Source of the DNA: Rhizodiscina lignyota
Taxonomy: Eukaryota
Assembly: GCA_010015805.1 (NCBI GenBank)
Contig: ML978121.1
Span: forward strand, 310,001-374,000
DNA: 64,000 nt
Direction: 5' to 3'
Under the pieces are notes generated by a model that saw nothing but the letters and a program-made list of their open reading frames with translations, did no database searches and had not been told where the DNA came from. Position numbers and translations under genes: made by a program. This document shows positions 13,265 to 27,641 of the stretch, in pieces; within the stretch, counting starts at the first letter, position 1, and each line of letters begins with the position of its first letter.

Positions 13265-14502
13265 TTTGCGAGGGTTGTTGATGGTGATGCTGTCAATCGA
13301 AGTCAATTCAGTGGTTGATCAGATGATAAAAGAGAGTGCAGTGTGAAATTGCAGGCGAGGGACTCGCTGTTAAACCGAAAAGTGCGTTTGAGACCCCGCT
13401 GTGAACAAAAGGGAGAGACGTAACCACTGAGCCAAAAACACTACGCAGCACCTGGCTCTCCAGTTTCCCGCATAACCCTTCGCCACCTTCCAGGGGCATC
13501 ACGTGCCTACGGGGGATCTGCGGGATGGATCCTGGTTACGGTCTGAATGAGGCATAATAACATACGAAGAAGTCGTGGGGCTTTGAAGAAACATATCTTT
13601 ATGTCAAGGCTGACCGCTTCCTCCATTCGGCTGGCCTTCTTCGTCGGCTGCTTTCTTATCAGCTGGCTTCTTGCTGTTCGGGCATTTCGTGTCGGGGTGG
13701 CACGACATATGAGCCGATTCGATCCGAGAAGCATGCATGATAGGGCAAGATTTGCCTTACAAGCAGTCCGGGAGATCAAGTAACCCCGTAGTCAGAGAGC
13801 TTTAGAAGGGATATCAGGCGTGTTCTGGAAGTCCGGCGTGCAAACGCCAAACTTAATGACCAGGTGGTCGATCTCATTGCCGGAGGAAATGGCTCCTAGT
13901 CCTGGATCATGTGTAGAATCAGCCCAAGGATTACCATTCTCTCAGCAATGTCCCGGCATCTTCCAAAGTAGCTTTGAGCTGTGCACAGATCGTAACACCT
14001 TGTTGCACGCATATCGAGCGCAACCCGATCGACGACATTGGAATCGGAAGAGGTTGTTGCACGACCCGGGTCGTTGGGTTGATCTACGGGCAGAGAGCGC
14101 CATAGTGTGCATTAGTGCATGCTCCAGGTTGCCGTATGGTAGTCTTTCAATGACATGGCTGTACGAGGGTTAGACCATATGTGGTACATTTGGACAGACA
14201 GGTAAAAGGCACTGAGGTGAAAGGTGGTAACGAGACGAATAATTGATGTCGGGTTGAACGCGCCTGCAGACGCGACTTGAAGGTGGGAGGTTAGAAATTC
14301 TGCGCCAATTAATTCTAAGAGATCAATTTCCAAAGTTACGCCGGGAGCGTTGACGTTGGTGGCTGTATTCCTAACACACTTTCGGTCAGTAATCCACACC
14401 TTTCAGCACCCTCATGGGCGCCAATGCTAAAAAGTGGGAAAAACAAAGTAAAGTAGATATTTGATCAAACTCTATAGAGAGGGGCACCTGCCGCCAATGA
14501 AC

Positions 14503-14599
14503 ATCCTTCTATCCTTCTATCCTTCCATCTATCCTTCTATCCTTCTATCCTTCCATCTATCCTTCTATCTTTCCATCTATTCCTTCCATCCTTCCATCC
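14503..14599 (+). repeat. Degenerate tandem repeat (ATCCTTCT/ATCCTTCC units) upstream of the MFS gene
   Basis: Visible pyrimidine-rich tandem array of about 8-bp units with ATCT inserts. Confidence 0.85.
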
Positions 14600-14649
14600 G
14601 CTCTCCCATCCACGCTTCTCCATGTGCTTCAATCCATCACAATTCCAAC

Positions 14650-16296
14650 ATGCTGTCCTCTGACACCTATGCCACGTTTGTGGTCGGCTTCGCGATTATG
14701 ACAGTGAGTTCAAGCGATGGATTCGAAGTTGGCAGTGCTCATACTATTGTTCTAGGACTCTATGATCTATACACTGGTGAGTGTAGTAGCTCTTTCTTTT
14801 CGTGTTCTCCATTGTTCTGGCATAAGATAACTTTTGTCTAGGTATTGCCATTCCTCCCAGATCTGTTTGCAGGACGACTACACGTCCCTGAGCGTGAAGG
14901 TATACCCTGGAGCAATTCACTAAGTTCATACCGTTCGCCAACATAGACTCCAGTATCCCAATGGACTGCCTCGGCGTTCGAAGTTTTCGGCGTAGCTACG
15001 CTTTTATCCAACGGTCAGTATACCCATCTTGATAGAGCATTCTTTCTAACAGCTTATTTCACAGCTGTGGTCGGTTTCTTTACAGACGCGAGCGCATCCA
15101 AGAGCAGACCCTTCCTGATCAGCGTCATAATTATGGTCATCTCCACAATTGTCTTCTTCCTCGGCACGACGCCAGCGATGATTGTCGTATCCCGCGCAAT
15201 CCAAGGCGCCTCCACCACATTCACCTGGGTCACAGGCCTTGCATTTCTAGTTGCTCAGGTGGGAGAGGGTGAGTTGGGAGCTTACGTCGGCTGGACGACC
15301 GTGGGTGTTGCCATTGGGGAGATCGTCGGACCGCTGGTGGGTGGCCCCATCTACGATTACTTTGGGCATTGGGCGGCATTCGGAGTCGTAGAAGCCCTCC
15401 TGCTCGTCGATATCCTGTTACGTGTCTTCGCAAGGGAGAAAAAGCCTGGGGTAGACACGGAAACCCGGTCAGAGCAAGATACGGAGGCCGGTATGGAGCA
15501 AGACTCGGAGACGGACAGCCTTCTCCAAAATGGCCAAGCAAGTTCGACTGACTACAATACGATGAATGGAGATGCAAGAGGAACGGATTCGCAGATATCT
15601 GTCGTGAGGAGCTTGGTGCGGGACTGGCTGGGCACTGTGTTCACCTTGATCGTCATCTTCATGGTCCGCGGTGCCCTCGAAGTGGTTAGTGGATGAGCTC
15701 GAGTACCGTATTATTCGCTGCCTCACTAACGTTAGTAGGCGGTTCCTTTGTATCTCACACGGCAGTACTCCTGGACCCCGACTAAGATCAGCTTGGCTTT
15801 GTTGACTTTAACCCTTCCGGCAGCGGTGAATCCGGTGGTTGGAAGGTTCACCTCGCACCAGGGACCTCGATGGTGGAGTACCGGCGCGTTCGTCATTTGC
15901 GGTGCCGCAATGATCAGTTTCGGAAGCGTGGCCGGTCACTCGGAGAAAAGCAAAACCCTCTTCGTTGTTCACTTAGCCTTGGTCGGTGTAGCCCTAGCCG
16001 TCCTAGTGAACTCCAATCAGGTCGCCATGTCGGTGGCTTCTCAGAGGTATGGGCTTGCGAGGACTCACGCCAAAGAAAGGGATGAGAACTTGGGGGGCAT
16101 CCCGTCCTGGCTCAGCCCGAGCATGATGTTGAGCGGAGTGACTACCTCATGGGCCGCGGGCATTCTTCTTGGCCCAGCATACAGCAGTTTGATGGCATAC
16201 ACCGAGGACGCGGGCTGGGCAATCTTCTGTCGCGGCCTAGGTGGCCTGTGTCTCGTGGCCGCGTTAGGAAGTTCGTTTCTTTGGAGAAAATGGTAG
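14650..16296 (+). CDS. MFS transporter (vesicular amine transporter / DHA1-like), multi-exon
   Basis: Spliced TDSMIYTLVLPFLPDLF, SRAIQGAS and GEIVGPLVGGPIY (motif C), with about 12 hydrophobic segments. Includes a 21-nt micro-exon near 14756-14776. Confidence 0.85.
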
Positions 16297-17358
16297 ATTG
16301 CATCATGCATTCAGCGTGGTAGCTGAGAATCCTGAAGACCGATATGGACCCGCAAGTCAACGCTTGCGGGTCCGTTCGTGAAGAAGTTAATATGTCAGTA
16401 TAGAATTCTAGTCGCACCATCATGTAATATAAAGGACCAGACAGATGCAGCCCGCGTGAAACCTGAGCGTCATGCGCGACACGAGTTCCTAAAATTTGCT
16501 GATACTGTCGAAATTTATCAGTAATTCGTACCGAAATTAAGACGCAATAATTTTGAACCAGGAAATCTCGTTGCCACACCTTAGCTGACCTGACCATTAC
16601 TATCCCTATTCCGATCGCAATTATATTACCATTGCGGTTGCAATGACAGCACAGTCTCTTATCCATATTGAAGCTGGTGTGAACCGAAACCTCAATAACC
16701 CTACCAACCTCGCCGTTGAACGTCATGCTCTTTTCAGCCTAGAATCTACTGTACGCCCTTCACCAGACGAATATTCCGTATACTGGCCATATGTAGATAA
16801 CGTGTGGTCTCTATCTGGCGGAGGAAGAAAGCGCGAGGACGGTGCACATGTTAGTTACATGTCAGGAGGTGCCCAGAACGTCCTAGCGCGTGAGCACGTG
16901 CACTCGTGTAGCATCCAATTTCTTCTCCAGAGATTTCTCTCTTCAATCAATCCATGAGATTCGCCACTTCGTGCTCGCTGCGTGCTCCAATATTACTGGT
17001 GTTGTCGCTTTGATATCGCGGCAACGCGTTCAAACAAATCATAGGGTAGTGAAAGCGTTGCTCTACCTGTGAAACAACTGTTCGAGCAGCAGAGTCCACG
17101 GCCAGAGAGAAAGCTACTGTAGGGGGGACGTGTCCTTCCGATTCGTTGAGATATCGGCACGGCCCCCGACCCCCGGGATGCCGACCGCCCCGCCGCCATG
17201 GGCGATCGGTCGCTAGCCTCTACGTGATACGAGGCTACTAGTAACTACAGGCACTTTAGACCAATGACTGTGCTTGATTCACCGAAACACCAGTATGCTG
17301 ACCCGCAATGTCGTGGCATATCGGTTGTTTTCTTGAGACATCACCGGCTTCGACAGTC

Positions 17359-19975
17359 ATGATGCATTTATTCACCATCCTTGCGCTGGTAACGGAGGCC
17401 CTGACCCTCAACTATCCCGAGCAACAGGCCTTCATCGGAGGTACCACCAGTTATTCTGTCCAGACGCCTCCTCTGGATACAGACTGGACATATGAAGTTG
17501 GGACAGACCCATGGCCCCAGTATCCCAGACCGAAGCTGGCCCGATCCCCATGGCAAAGCCTGAATGGCATCTGGACGTACGCGAACGCGTCAGGTCAAGG
17601 CGCTCTCAGCAACCCACCATTTAATCAGACGCTGTCACAAGAGGTCCTGGTGCCATTCTGCTTGGAAAGCGGCTTGTCAGGTATTCAAGGCGCGAACACA
17701 ATCTACTCTTGGTACAGGACTACGTTTACAGTTCCACCGAAGTGGACTGGCGATCGAGTACTCCTCAACTTTGGAGCTGTCGACTACGAGGCCACGGTAT
17801 TCATCAATGGCAGGAATGCTACCTTCCACCGCGGAGGCTATTATGCCTTTTCTGTAGACGTGACCGACTACCTCAATGGTCGGCAGAACGAACTGTATGC
17901 AGTATCCTACTAATAAGAGACAGAGACTGATTCTTGCAGTATCGTGTTCGCCTTTGATCCTACAGACAGCGACCAACACGTGATCTCGATCGGCAAGCAG
18001 ACGCTGACCCCTTCACACATCTTTTACCGACCATGCAGCGGCATCTGGCAAAGTGTCTGGATTGAATCCGCACCAACAAATTACATCAGCGACCTGAGCA
18101 TCAATGGGGACGCCAGTGGTCAGGTGAATTTGACTGTGAGCGCGGCGGAAAGCAATAGCCCAAGTGTTGAGATTACCGTCTGCGAGAGGGCAAGCACATG
18201 ACAATATGTAGGGTATTATGTACAGTACGCTGATGATATACCTAGGGGACCAACAACTCCATAGCTACGCATAGCGGCACTGCCGGCTCTCCAATTACGT
18301 TCAACGTCAAGTCGCCGAAGACGTGGTCTCCTGACTCTCCAAATCTCTACGATGTCACGATTAGGATGGGTCAAGATACGGTTAGCAGCTACACTGGATT
18401 CAGAACGGTGATAAGAGAAGAGGTCAATGGGGTGCAGAGAATCTCGCTGGTACGTTTGGATACAGTCTTAATAAGCGTCTCGAAAGGCAGTGTGAATTCT
18501 ACATAACCGCCATTCGAAGAACATGCGGTGGCACACTCCTGCTCCTTCTATTGGGAATAACGTGCTGAGACAAGCCTGAGAGAGAAAGTGAGAGAGTCAA
18601 GCTCACAGGTGCTGACCTTTCAATAGAACGGCGATGTGATCTTCCCTTTTGGGACTTTGGATCAAGGTACGTAAGAAGAATAACCACCCAACACATCCTA
18701 GCAAAGCGTTTCCCGCTGGACGAGCTGGAGTCCGCCTCATACGGATTTCCAGGTGAATTCTCGGTGAGACAAACACTCAGCTGAGGCTAACTCACCAACA
18801 GGATACTGGCCTGACGGGTTGTACACGGCACCCACGTACGAAGCCATGACCTTCGACATCAAAATGCTCAAACGCATTGGCTACAATATGCTCCGAAAGC
18901 ATGTCAAAGTGGAGCCAGCTCTCTACTACGCAGCTGCAGATGAGCTTGGCATTCTGATTATGCAGGACATGCCTTCTCTTGCAACCACAAGCTTGCCCAA
19001 TAAGGTGCAGCAAGCGGAGTTTCAGCGGCAGCTGGAGATTCTCGTCACGCAGCTGAGGAGCTACACGTCAATCTTCGCTTGGGTGAGTGTGTCCAAAATC
19101 CAGGCATCAATCATCAGTCTGGAGAGGAGACTGGCTGTCTCAGCACTTGAGTGCCCTGAGCAGGGAGATTCAAGCCTTCACTGATGCTTTCCCGAAATGA
19201 GGGCTGGGTCATACTGCTGTGCCACATCTCTGAGACATCAGATCGCACACCTTTTTTCTTTAGAGAACGGGCTGCTAATGGATTCGTATGTTCTAGGTCA
19301 TCTACAACGAAGGCTGGGGTCAGATTACCTCCTACAACCCAGAATTCGGCCTTACTGACATCATCCACGAACTTGACCCAACACGCCTTGTCAACTCCGT
19401 CAGCGGCTGGTTCGACCACGGCGCTGGCGACTTCAGTGACAACCATCACTACACTAACCCACAATGCGGCTCTCCACAGCACTCCATCAACTCGGGCCCA
19501 TTTGACCCATCTCGCCTCGGCTTCCAAGGTGAATTCGGTGGCACCGGTCACAACGTCTCAGCCAAGCACCTTTGGAAGGTTAAGGAGGCTATCGACACTA
19601 TCAACCAGACTTACGAATTGTATGAGACACTTGATGCGTGGAACTTCCGCGGCCATTTCTTGTTGAGTGAGCTGCTTTTTCAAGTTCAACTTTATTCCTG
19701 CGCTGGCGCAGTGTGGACTGGAACTACTGATGTGGAGGGTGAAGTCAATGGGATGATGACCTACGATCGTCGGATCTTGAGACCACATGTTCAGAAGTGG
19801 AAGGCAGATATACAGGCAAGTAGCGTATCCTATAATCTACCGTATCGGAGACGTTCCGGTACGGCGTAGTGCATTGTACCATACATGGTATGATACCTTG
19901 TACGCTAACTGGTATCAGGCTCTGTACGATGCTTCTGCACGCCGTTCGGATGGCCCCACCCCGACTGCATCTTAA
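17359..19975 (+). CDS. Secreted GH2 glycoside hydrolase (beta-galactosidase/glucuronidase family; resembles the beta-galactofuranosidase subgroup)
   Basis: Signal peptide plus YPRP, SLNGIW, LNFGAVDYEATVFING, SGIWQSVW, LDQGYWPDG, LRKHVKVEP, WVIYNEGWG (acid/base Glu) and QGEFGG (nucleophile). Several introns, two with probable GC donors. Confidence 0.88.
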
Positions 19976-20102
19976 CGCGTAGATGGACCATGAATTAGAT
20001 AACGAGGGAAGAAGACCAAGAGCTAGGATTGTATACAGTTAAAACGTACGTCAAGGACCTCTGACGGCAACGTTTTAATCTAGTCCCAATCGGGAAGTAT
20101 CT

Positions 20103-23100
20103 TCATGTCTCAGTCTTCGCTGCCATTATGCAATCTAAGTATCTGTGAACATAGTTCTCATCAAACGACGGAGCAGGATAAACGTCCTGCCCAAAGACGT
20201 GCTTGCTAACGGGGCCTCCTTTCATCAAAGCGCCTGCGGTCTCGTCGGTGTAGCCATCGATGATTGTAGTAATGCGTGCTACAGAAGACTTTGGATGGAC
20301 TGCTGCATACTCAAGTGCCCGACGGCGCCACTCGCTAAAGGGGATAGTCGCTTTACCACCGCTAGCAGCAGCCATGACTTGGAAGAAATGGTCAAATGTA
20401 GGCGCTCGTGGGTTGACAAAGTCGTAATCCTCCCCGATTCGCTGCTGGTCCTCAGTCATTACGGTAGCAATAGTATTGCACAGGTAATCAACAGGTAGAA
20501 CAGAGGATAGGTCGGCATCTATTGAGGGAAAGGCGCCCAAGTCCAGACTTCCAGTGATAAGGTTGTTCAAAAAGTCACCACGGTCGAGTCGAAAATGGCC
20601 ATTGGTTGCTGAGGCAGCGACAAATGGTAACCGATATGACGATGCTATGGCGCCACGAAAACGAGCCGCAACGACCATTCTCTCAGCTAGGTATTTCGAG
20701 GTACCATAGCCGTACTCTCCATCATTCTCGGTAAGGCCGTAGCCTAGATGAATAGGCAACGTAGAGATGGTGGATATGAAATGGACTGCCTTGGCTCGGC
20801 CACGAGAGGCGAGACGTAGAATCTCATGGGTACCCAGGATATTGGGACCGACATAGTCTTCCAACGGGCGCAACCAATCAACAAGAGCCCCGGAGTGGAG
20901 AATACAATCGACTCTGTTGGCCAAGTCGTCAAATTCAGCCTCGCAGAGGCCAAGCAAGGGTCGGGAGAGATCGCCAACTACCGAGTGGAGCAATGGCTCG
21001 TGATGGGGCTTCCACAGACTATAGTGTTTCAGCGTTTTCACCATGCGTTGTTGCGCTTGGCTGAAGCTACTAGCCCGTACGAGGCAATACACATCGATGC
21101 CTCTTTGAAGAATCTCGTATACCATAAACGCGCCAACAAAACCAGTTGGGCCAGTCACAAAAATAGCCTTGGGGTACTTAGAGCAGGCAGTTATGTGCTT
21201 GGCCACGTTGCAGAACTGGATTTTGGGGTCGAGAACACCCCTTCGGATGGCTGTCATGTTGACGCACGAAGCAGTTGTTGCTGTGATCTTCGGTTTGTCA
21301 ATCTCGCTTGACAACTTGGAAAGCAAATAATCGCTAAGTGACTTCAGATTCGGGTGAAGAAGGGCGATGTTGGGTGGCAGTGCGATGCCTGTCAATGTCG
21401 CTAAATGGTTGCGCATCAAAACCGCCGTCAAAGAATCAATCCCAAATTCCTGCAGGGGTCGACTGGCATCCAGATCATCTATCCTGGCGTACTCCAATGC
21501 CTTGGCTACGGTTGCTTGTACCATGCGCAGCACGATGCCACCATGTCTCGCGGGAACAGCTTCGACCAGCATGTCGCGTAAGCTCACAGTTTTAAGGACC
21601 GGCTCCGTGACTTCCCTTTGGCCCATCATTGAGCGTAAGAACGGAGGCACACCACCTTGATTCTCGTAGTAGACTTTGAGCCGCTCTACATCAATCAGGG
21701 CAGGTATGCTGAGCGCGCGGCCTTGGTGAACGGCTTGCTCGAACAGGTCTAAGCCGACTTCCGGTGCGATTAAACCCAGCCCAAACTGCGAGAGGTGGGC
21801 ACGGGTTGTCGGGATGAGAGTGGTAGTCATACCTTCTCCGTCCCAGGTACCATAGGCCAATGAGGTGGCCGGCAGTCCCCGGGCACGTCGCAGATATGCG
21901 AGCATATCGACAAAGGAGTTAGCAGCAGCATAATTCCCTAACCCTGGCAGACCCATAACACCCGAGATGGAAGAGAACATGACAAAGAAATCTAAGTCCA
22001 TGTCTTCAGTCAGTTGGTGCAGATTCCACAGGCCGTCCACCTTTGGCGCGAACGTCGAGGCACATTTCTGGGGCGTCAGGGACGACAGGGTCCCCGAATC
22101 GACCACTCCAGCGGCATGAACTATACCCCGCAGGGGTCGTTCAGCTGTGAATATCTGCATAGTAGACCTGAGACTTTCAGGAACTGCTACGTCGCCCGCA
22201 ACAACGGTAGTTTTGGCACCTAGGTTTGCAAGCCTCTCGACGATTGCTTTGGCACCAGGAGCTTGCATGCCGCGCCGCGAAAGTAGAACCAAGTCGCGGA
22301 CTCCATGAGAGCTGACCAATCTTCGAGCTACACGACTTCCAATATCACCAAGGCCACCCGTCACCAATATAGCGCCACCGGCTCGAAGCAATAGCTGCCT
22401 GGTGGGCGGCAGTGACGTAGCAGCTAAGCTATTACGCTCCATATGAGGCTCCAGAAGCTGACATTTGCGGACAGCAATTTCTGTCGGATCATCTAGCATC
22501 AGGGCCAAGCCGAGGGTGGCTAAGGGCGTCACATCATCCACGTCGATCAAGCGCAGACGCAGCTCCGGATGCTCGCTCCGGGCAGTGCGCATCAGGCCCA
22601 ACAGCGGCGCGGCCCCGATATGGACAGGCTGGTCACCATGGCCAGCACCTATAGCATGGCGGGTGACCCAAACGACTGGCACAGCAAATCCGGTCCGGAT
22701 CACCTCTTGCAACTGAGTCAACGCTTTTCCGGTGAAATCATGTGCCGAATGGACAACATCGGCGTCAGAGTCCCACAGAGAGAGCAGACCATCGAGTCGC
22801 TCGGCCTCCCGAAGCTTTGTCACAGACACCAATTGGATGCCCGTACTTAACAAGGCCTTTTGTGCGTCCTTCGTCCATGCAGTCTCTCCTGATGGGCAGA
22901 GAAGACCCCATGAACCATGGGGTTGGGCCTTGTGCGACTCGACTCGACGCCAGTTGATTTCGAACATCATGCTTCTCAAATCCTGCGCGGTTTTATCGGC
23001 GCCAGTAGTCTGTAAGCTCCTATCGAACCAAGTGCTTCGTTTTGCAGGCTGGGTAACCTCCCGCTGGAAGGCATAAGTGGGAAGCTCCACCCTTCGGCAA

Positions 23101-26100
23101 CCAAAAGGCTTAAAGAAGGCAGACCAGTCGACCGAGACATTACGTACGTGCAACTTGCCGATGCTGTCTTGAATTATTGAGCTTCCATCCGTGTTAGGCT
23201 TCAGGGAGGGCAGCCAGAGAGCGCTGTGCGCTTGAGGAGTGCCAGCGAGACATGCCGCGCCCAAGCCGCAAAGCGTTGGACTGGGCCCGAGTTCGAGAAA
23301 GATGTTTGCGCCTTCATTGACAAGACTTTGGAAAGCATCGCGAAATCGAACAGCATTGCGAGCCTGCTTAGTCCAATACTCGGCTTGTTCAAGCTCCCCT
23401 TCATTGGCCAGTCTCCCGGTCATGCTGCTGATAATGGGTGTCGTTGGCGGGCAGAATTGCACAGTCTGTGCTACAGCCTTGAAGTCACTTAGCATCTCGT
23501 CCATGTGATATGAATGGAAGGCGTGGCTAGTGTCGAGCACCTTGTGCTTAACGCTCAGACCTGCAAAGTGAGCTTCGACAGCCTCGACAGCCGCAAAATC
23601 TCCAGATAAAACAGTCTGGGAAGGCGTGTTATAGCCTGCGACCTGAACCTTGTCACTCAGGCTCAACTCCCTGATTGCTGCTGCGATCTCGCCGCTGTTT
23701 GTCTCTATTGCTATCGTCTGTCCATGACGGGTAATCGCTTGCATTAAACGACCGCGCATCAAAACAAGTCGGCAAGCGTCGCGCAAGTTCAAGATTCCTG
23801 AAACATGAGCTACAGCAAGCTCCCCTACGCTGTGCCCCAGCAGAAAGGCAGCCTTCACGCCCCAACTCTGCCATAATCTCCAGAGGGATACCTCAAGGGC
23901 GAACAATGCAGGCTGGGCAAAATCGGTCCGGTTCAACGAAGAAACGATTGAGCTCCCTGGCTCGGCCCACATGACATCGAGAAGGGGGTACTCCAGCTCC
24001 GTGAACTGGGCAGCAATATCGTCTATTGCATCTCGAAAAACGGGAAAGACAGCATATAGGTCCTTGCCCATTCCTACATGCTGACTGCCCTGTCCGGTAA
24101 AGAGCATACCCAAGCTTGCCTTGCTGGTCTCGTTCGGATTGAGGAGCGCACCGAATCCTGAGCTGATGGACTCCAGCTGCTTGAGCATCTGCCACTTATC
24201 TCCGGCTGCGACCGTCAGTCTCCGGTGAAAGTGTGTGCGAGATGTGGCTAGCGAGTAGGCTACATCAGCCAGGCGATGGTTTTTCCCATTGCCGCTCTCC
24301 ATGTGCGACCCAAGCTTCCCGGCCTGTGCCCGCAGGGCAGAGTCACTGTTGCCTGACAGTACGAAGAGGACTGCAGCTGGCAAAGCAGGTTGTACCGTGT
24401 CGCCAGTCTTTTTCATGGCAGGCCTAGGGAACTCTTCAACGATGACATGGGCAATGGTCCCACCAATTCCAAACGCGCTTACACCAGCGCGCCGTAGGCG
24501 GCTGCTATTTGGCAGCCATGGTCGATTGTTCAGAACCAGTTCGAGATTGGTGCTCTTCCAATCAATTGCTCGGGTAGGCTCCCTCACATGCAGTGTTTTC
24601 GGCAACATATTGTTTTGCATGGACAATACCACCTTTAACAAACCCACGAGCCCAGCGGCCGCTTGAGTATGCCCAACGTTGGACTTCACAGAGCCGAGCC
24701 CCAGAGGATCTAAGCGAGGACGCCCTACTCCAAAGACTCCAGCCAGTGCGGTGGCTTCAATGGGATCACCTAGCTTGGTAGCGGTGCCGTGAGCCTCGAT
24801 GTAGTCGATATCGCCTGGTTCCAGTGCTGCCTGGGCCAAGGCGGTGCGGACCAGAGTCTCCTGGCCAGGGCCGTTGGGCGCTGTCAGGCCAACGGTGTGG
24901 CCTCCGTGCATCACCGCGGAACCACGCAGCACGGCATAGATGTCATCGCCATCACGCTGCGCATCAGACAAGCGCTTCAGGATTACAGCAGCGGCTCCCT
25001 CACTGAATCCTGTGCCGTCCGTGTCGTCTGAGAAGGCCCTGCAGCGGCCATCCGCCGACAGACCGCGGAGCTTGCTAAATTCGATATGTATACCCGGAGT
25101 GAGTAGAAGGCTTACGCTGCCAACCAGCGCCATGTCGCACTCGCCTTGGCGCAAAGCATTGCAGGCTAGATGTGTAGCTACCAGAGACGACGAGCACGCA
25201 GTGTCGACAGTCAGGTTTGGTCCCTGCAAGTTAAAGGTATAAGACAGACGGCCAGACAGAGTGGCGTTGGCACTTCCTGTAATAGAGTGTCCCTTGAGAT
25301 CTGTGGGGATTCCATTATCCGTTGCTCGATTTTTGCTGACGCCGAGGAAGACGCCTGTAGCGCTGCCATTCAGCTGGTCCCTTGTATAGCCAGCGCGCTC
25401 AAAGCTTTCCCAACACAACTCCAGCATCAGGTGCTGCTCCGGATCCATTGCTCGTGCCTCACGTGGCGAGATCCCGAAGAAGGATGCATCATATAAGTTA
25501 ATTGAGTCCAGGAAGCCACCTCTGCGGCAATATGACGTGCCGTCAACATCAGGGTCGGCATGGTACAGCTTGTCAGCATCCCAACGATCCTTGGGCACAT
25601 CAGTGGTTGTGTCGCCACCGCTTTCCAGCACCTGCCAGAAGTCCTTTGGCCTCGTCACACCACCAGGTAATCGGCACGCCATGGAAATTATAGCAACATC
25701 TTCATTGGTACCGTTGAAGCCGTGGCACACCATGCGGGATTCCTGTTTGCGGGGTTCCATGTTGCCTGAGCCTGCCAGGTATGCAGCCAATGTCTTGATC
25801 GTAAAGTGCTCAAACAGTTTGGGTATCGGCACAGGTCGATGCAGCTGTCTCTCTAAGGCTACTTGCATGCGGACGATGCGCACGGAATCGCCGCCGACGT
25901 TGAAAAAGTTATCCTCTATGCCAAAGCGATCATGACCGAGAATTTCTGACCAAATAGCTTGTATTTGTTGCTCCAACTCAGATGTCGGCTGGATGGAGAA
26001 GTGGTTTTTTTTGACCGCCTCCAATGGATCCGGGAGAGCCTTATGATTGACCTTTTCGTTGGGCGATAATGGTAACGCATCCATTGGAACAAAAAATGCC

Positions 26101-27641
26101 GGCAGCATGTAGGCCGGGAGCCGATCAGCAACCCATGCGCGTAGAATGCTGTCAAGGGAAGTAGCATTGTGAGAAGACGGTACACAAGCCACGCAGTACG
26201 CCACCAGGCGATCATCGCGACTAATGACAACCGCCGCGGACACGTCGGGATGATCAACAAGGACCGCCTCGATATCACCGACATCGATGCGATGACCACG
26301 GATCTTGACCACTCCATCTATGCGGCCAGTCACTTGGAGTTTCTCCCGTTCTATGAAGCGGGCTAGGTCACCCGTGCGAAAGAATAAGCCGCCGTGAAAA
26401 GGGTTGCTGAGAAAGCGAGAACGCGTGAGTTCGGCCTTATTGCGGTATCCATTTGATACACTGCCACCGCCAATATAGACTTCACCCTCACAACCCATGG
26501 GCACTGGTGACAGGTCATCGTCGAGGACATAAATTCGACCGTTGGCCACAGGTTTCCCGACGACAATGTCGCCCTTCCCAACTCTGCCGACGCTTCCATA
26601 GGTGGTCTCAGACGGTCCGTACACATTCCACACCGAATCAGCAGAGGCGAGTAGGCGGTCTGCAAGTTGGCGAGAGAGTGGTTCGCCACCACAAATGATC
26701 TTGGATAGTCGCGGCTTCCCCTTCCATCCAGACTCAAGGAGCATTGTCCACGTGGCAGGTGTCGCTTGCAAAACGGTAACTTGGTGGGCTTGAATTAAGC
26801 CTATTATCTCGCGCGGATCTCTAACCGCACCTGCGTTTGCGATAATCATTGTAGAGCCAGACAAAATGGGCAAAAACAGCTCCAGGGCTGACATGTCAAA
26901 GGAAATTGTTGTAATTGCGAGCAACCGATCGCGATCGTTGCAACCCGGCTCATACTTGCGCAGCGAACTTAGGAAGTTGGCGGCGGCCCCGTGACTGATC
27001 TCGACACCTTTGGGGCGTCCAGTGGAACCAGATGTGTAGATGACATATGCCAAATCCCGGTGTCCAATCTCCGTCCCCAGATTGGATATATTAGTGATTG
27101 AACTGTCTCTGGCTTCGCTAACGCTCGAACACAGCTCTTTCCAAGGCGCAAGACCTTTGGTAGGTTCGTTACTAAGGAGGATAAGTTTCAGGTCCGCGTC
27201 TTCGACCATATGACTGATGCGTTGGGCGGGGAACGAAGGGTCGATAGGAACGTAAGCAGCGCCCAGCTTGAGCACAGCTAGCATAACGGTGACAAGGTCG
27301 ATGGAGCGTGACACGGCAAGGCCGACAACGTCGCCATGTTTCAGACCTCGCTTTGCCAACCCTCGAGCGATGATGTTTGCAGATGCATTGAGCTTCTTGT
27401 AGGATATCTCAGTCCCATTGTGGATCAGGGCGATGTTGTCTGGGAACTCATCTACAGCACTTTCGAATAGTTGATCCAAACGGCCTTCCAGTAGAGAGAT
27501 GTCGTCGTTAGCGTTGAAGTCGTTGACCAAATGTTGATAGTCTTGGTCTGAGATATTACTCGTCTTTACTCGGTAAGACATCTCAGGGCCAGTGGACCGT
27601 TGGGTGCAAGGGTGAAACTTTTCCAGTGCAGAGTCTCGCAT
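20103..27641 (-). CDS. swnK: NRPS-PKS hybrid, swainsonine synthetase (A-T-KS-AT-KR-T-R), intronless, about 2500 aa
   Basis: A domain [14 protein letters not shown] / YGPSE; T GGDS; KS DTACSSS, EAHGT, KSNVGH; AT GHSVGE with HAFHS (malonyl type); [23 protein letters not shown]; terminal reductase [14 protein letters not shown]. No C or DH domain. This architecture plus the neighbours matches SwnK. Alternative start at ATG 27581. Confidence 0.93.
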   Translation of the reverse strand: MRDSALEKFHPCTQRSTGPEMSYRVKTSNISDQDYQHLVNDFNANDDISLLEGRLDQLFESAVDEFPDNIALIHNGTEISYKKLNASANIIARGLAKRGLKHGDVVGLAVSRSIDLVTVMLAVLKLGAAYVPIDPSFPAQRISHMVEDADLKLILLSNEPTKGLAPWKELCSSVSEARDSSITNISNLGTEIGHRDLAYVIYTSGSTGRPKGVEISHGAAANFLSSLRKYEPGCNDRDRLLAITTISFDMSALELFLPILSGSTMIIANAGAVRDPREIIGLIQAHQVTVLQATPATWTMLLESGWKGKPRLSKIICGGEPLSRQLADRLLASADSVWNVYGPSETTYGSVGRVGKGDIVVGKPVANGRIYVLDDDLSPVPMGCEGEVYIGGGSVSNGYRNKAELTRSRFLSNPFHGGLFFRTGDLARFIEREKLQVTGRIDGVVKIRGHRIDVGDIEAVLVDHPDVSAAVVISRDDRLVAYCVACVPSSHNATSLDSILRAWVADRLPAYMLPAFFVPMDALPLSPNEKVNHKALPDPLEAVKKNHFSIQPTSELEQQIQAIWSEILGHDRFGIEDNFFNVGGDSVRIVRMQVALERQLHRPVPIPKLFEHFTIKTLAAYLAGSGNMEPRKQESRMVCHGFNGTNEDVAIISMACRLPGGVTRPKDFWQVLESGGDTTTDVPKDRWDADKLYHADPDVDGTSYCRRGGFLDSINLYDASFFGISPREARAMDPEQHLMLELCWESFERAGYTRDQLNGSATGVFLGVSKNRATDNGIPTDLKGHSITGSANATLSGRLSYTFNLQGPNLTVDTACSSSLVATHLACNALRQGECDMALVGSVSLLLTPGIHIEFSKLRGLSADGRCRAFSDDTDGTGFSEGAAAVILKRLSDAQRDGDDIYAVLRGSAVMHGGHTVGLTAPNGPGQETLVRTALAQAALEPGDIDYIEAHGTATKLGDPIEATALAGVFGVGRPRLDPLGLGSVKSNVGHTQAAAGLVGLLKVVLSMQNNMLPKTLHVREPTRAIDWKSTNLELVLNNRPWLPNSSRLRRAGVSAFGIGGTIAHVIVEEFPRPAMKKTGDTVQPALPAAVLFVLSGNSDSALRAQAGKLGSHMESGNGKNHRLADVAYSLATSRTHFHRRLTVAAGDKWQMLKQLESISSGFGALLNPNETSKASLGMLFTGQGSQHVGMGKDLYAVFPVFRDAIDDIAAQFTELEYPLLDVMWAEPGSSIVSSLNRTDFAQPALFALEVSLWRLWQSWGVKAAFLLGHSVGELAVAHVSGILNLRDACRLVLMRGRLMQAITRHGQTIAIETNSGEIAAAIRELSLSDKVQVAGYNTPSQTVLSGDFAAVEAVEAHFAGLSVKHKVLDTSHAFHSYHMDEMLSDFKAVAQTVQFCPPTTPIISSMTGRLANEGELEQAEYWTKQARNAVRFRDAFQSLVNEGANIFLELGPSPTLCGLGAACLAGTPQAHSALWLPSLKPNTDGSSIIQDSIGKLHVRNVSVDWSAFFKPFGCRRVELPTYAFQREVTQPAKRSTWFDRSLQTTGADKTAQDLRSMMFEINWRRVESHKAQPHGSWGLLCPSGETAWTKDAQKALLSTGIQLVSVTKLREAERLDGLLSLWDSDADVVHSAHDFTGKALTQLQEVIRTGFAVPVVWVTRHAIGAGHGDQPVHIGAAPLLGLMRTARSEHPELRLRLIDVDDVTPLATLGLALMLDDPTEIAVRKCQLLEPHMERNSLAATSLPPTRQLLLRAGGAILVTGGLGDIGSRVARRLVSSHGVRDLVLLSRRGMQAPGAKAIVERLANLGAKTTVVAGDVAVPESLRSTMQIFTAERPLRGIVHAAGVVDSGTLSSLTPQKCASTFAPKVDGLWNLHQLTEDMDLDFFVMFSSISGVMGLPGLGNYAAANSFVDMLAYLRRARGLPATSLAYGTWDGEGMTTTLIPTTRAHLSQFGLGLIAPEVGLDLFEQAVHQGRALSIPALIDVERLKVYYENQGGVPPFLRSMMGQREVTEPVLKTVSLRDMLVEAVPARHGGIVLRMVQATVAKALEYARIDDLDASRPLQEFGIDSLTAVLMRNHLATLTGIALPPNIALLHPNLKSLSDYLLSKLSSEIDKPKITATTASCVNMTAIRRGVLDPKIQFCNVAKHITACSKYPKAIFVTGPTGFVGAFMVYEILQRGIDVYCLVRASSFSQAQQRMVKTLKHYSLWKPHHEPLLHSVVGDLSRPLLGLCEAEFDDLANRVDCILHSGALVDWLRPLEDYVGPNILGTHEILRLASRGRAKAVHFISTISTLPIHLGYGLTENDGEYGYGTSKYLAERMVVAARFRGAIASSYRLPFVAASATNGHFRLDRGDFLNNLITGSLDLGAFPSIDADLSSVLPVDYLCNTIATVMTEDQQRIGEDYDFVNPRAPTFDHFFQVMAAASGGKATIPFSEWRRRALEYAAVHPKSSVARITTIIDGYTDETAGALMKGGPVSKHVFGQDVYPAPSFDENYVHRYLDCIMAAKTET

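Noticed and set aside
14503..14599. Tandem repeat as a CRISPR-like array or repeat-peptide (RiPP) precursor
   Set aside because: Simple degenerate 8-bp satellite with no spacers, and no signal peptide or dibasic cleavage pattern.
17359..19975. GH2 as a swainsonine self-resistance gene
   Set aside because: Swainsonine inhibits GH38 alpha-mannosidases; this is a secreted GH2 beta-glycosidase, so it is not a resistant target copy.
20145..27151. Numerous antisense and alternate-frame ORFs inside swnK (and inside other genes)
   Set aside because: Shadow ORFs of real coding sequence with no independent motifs.
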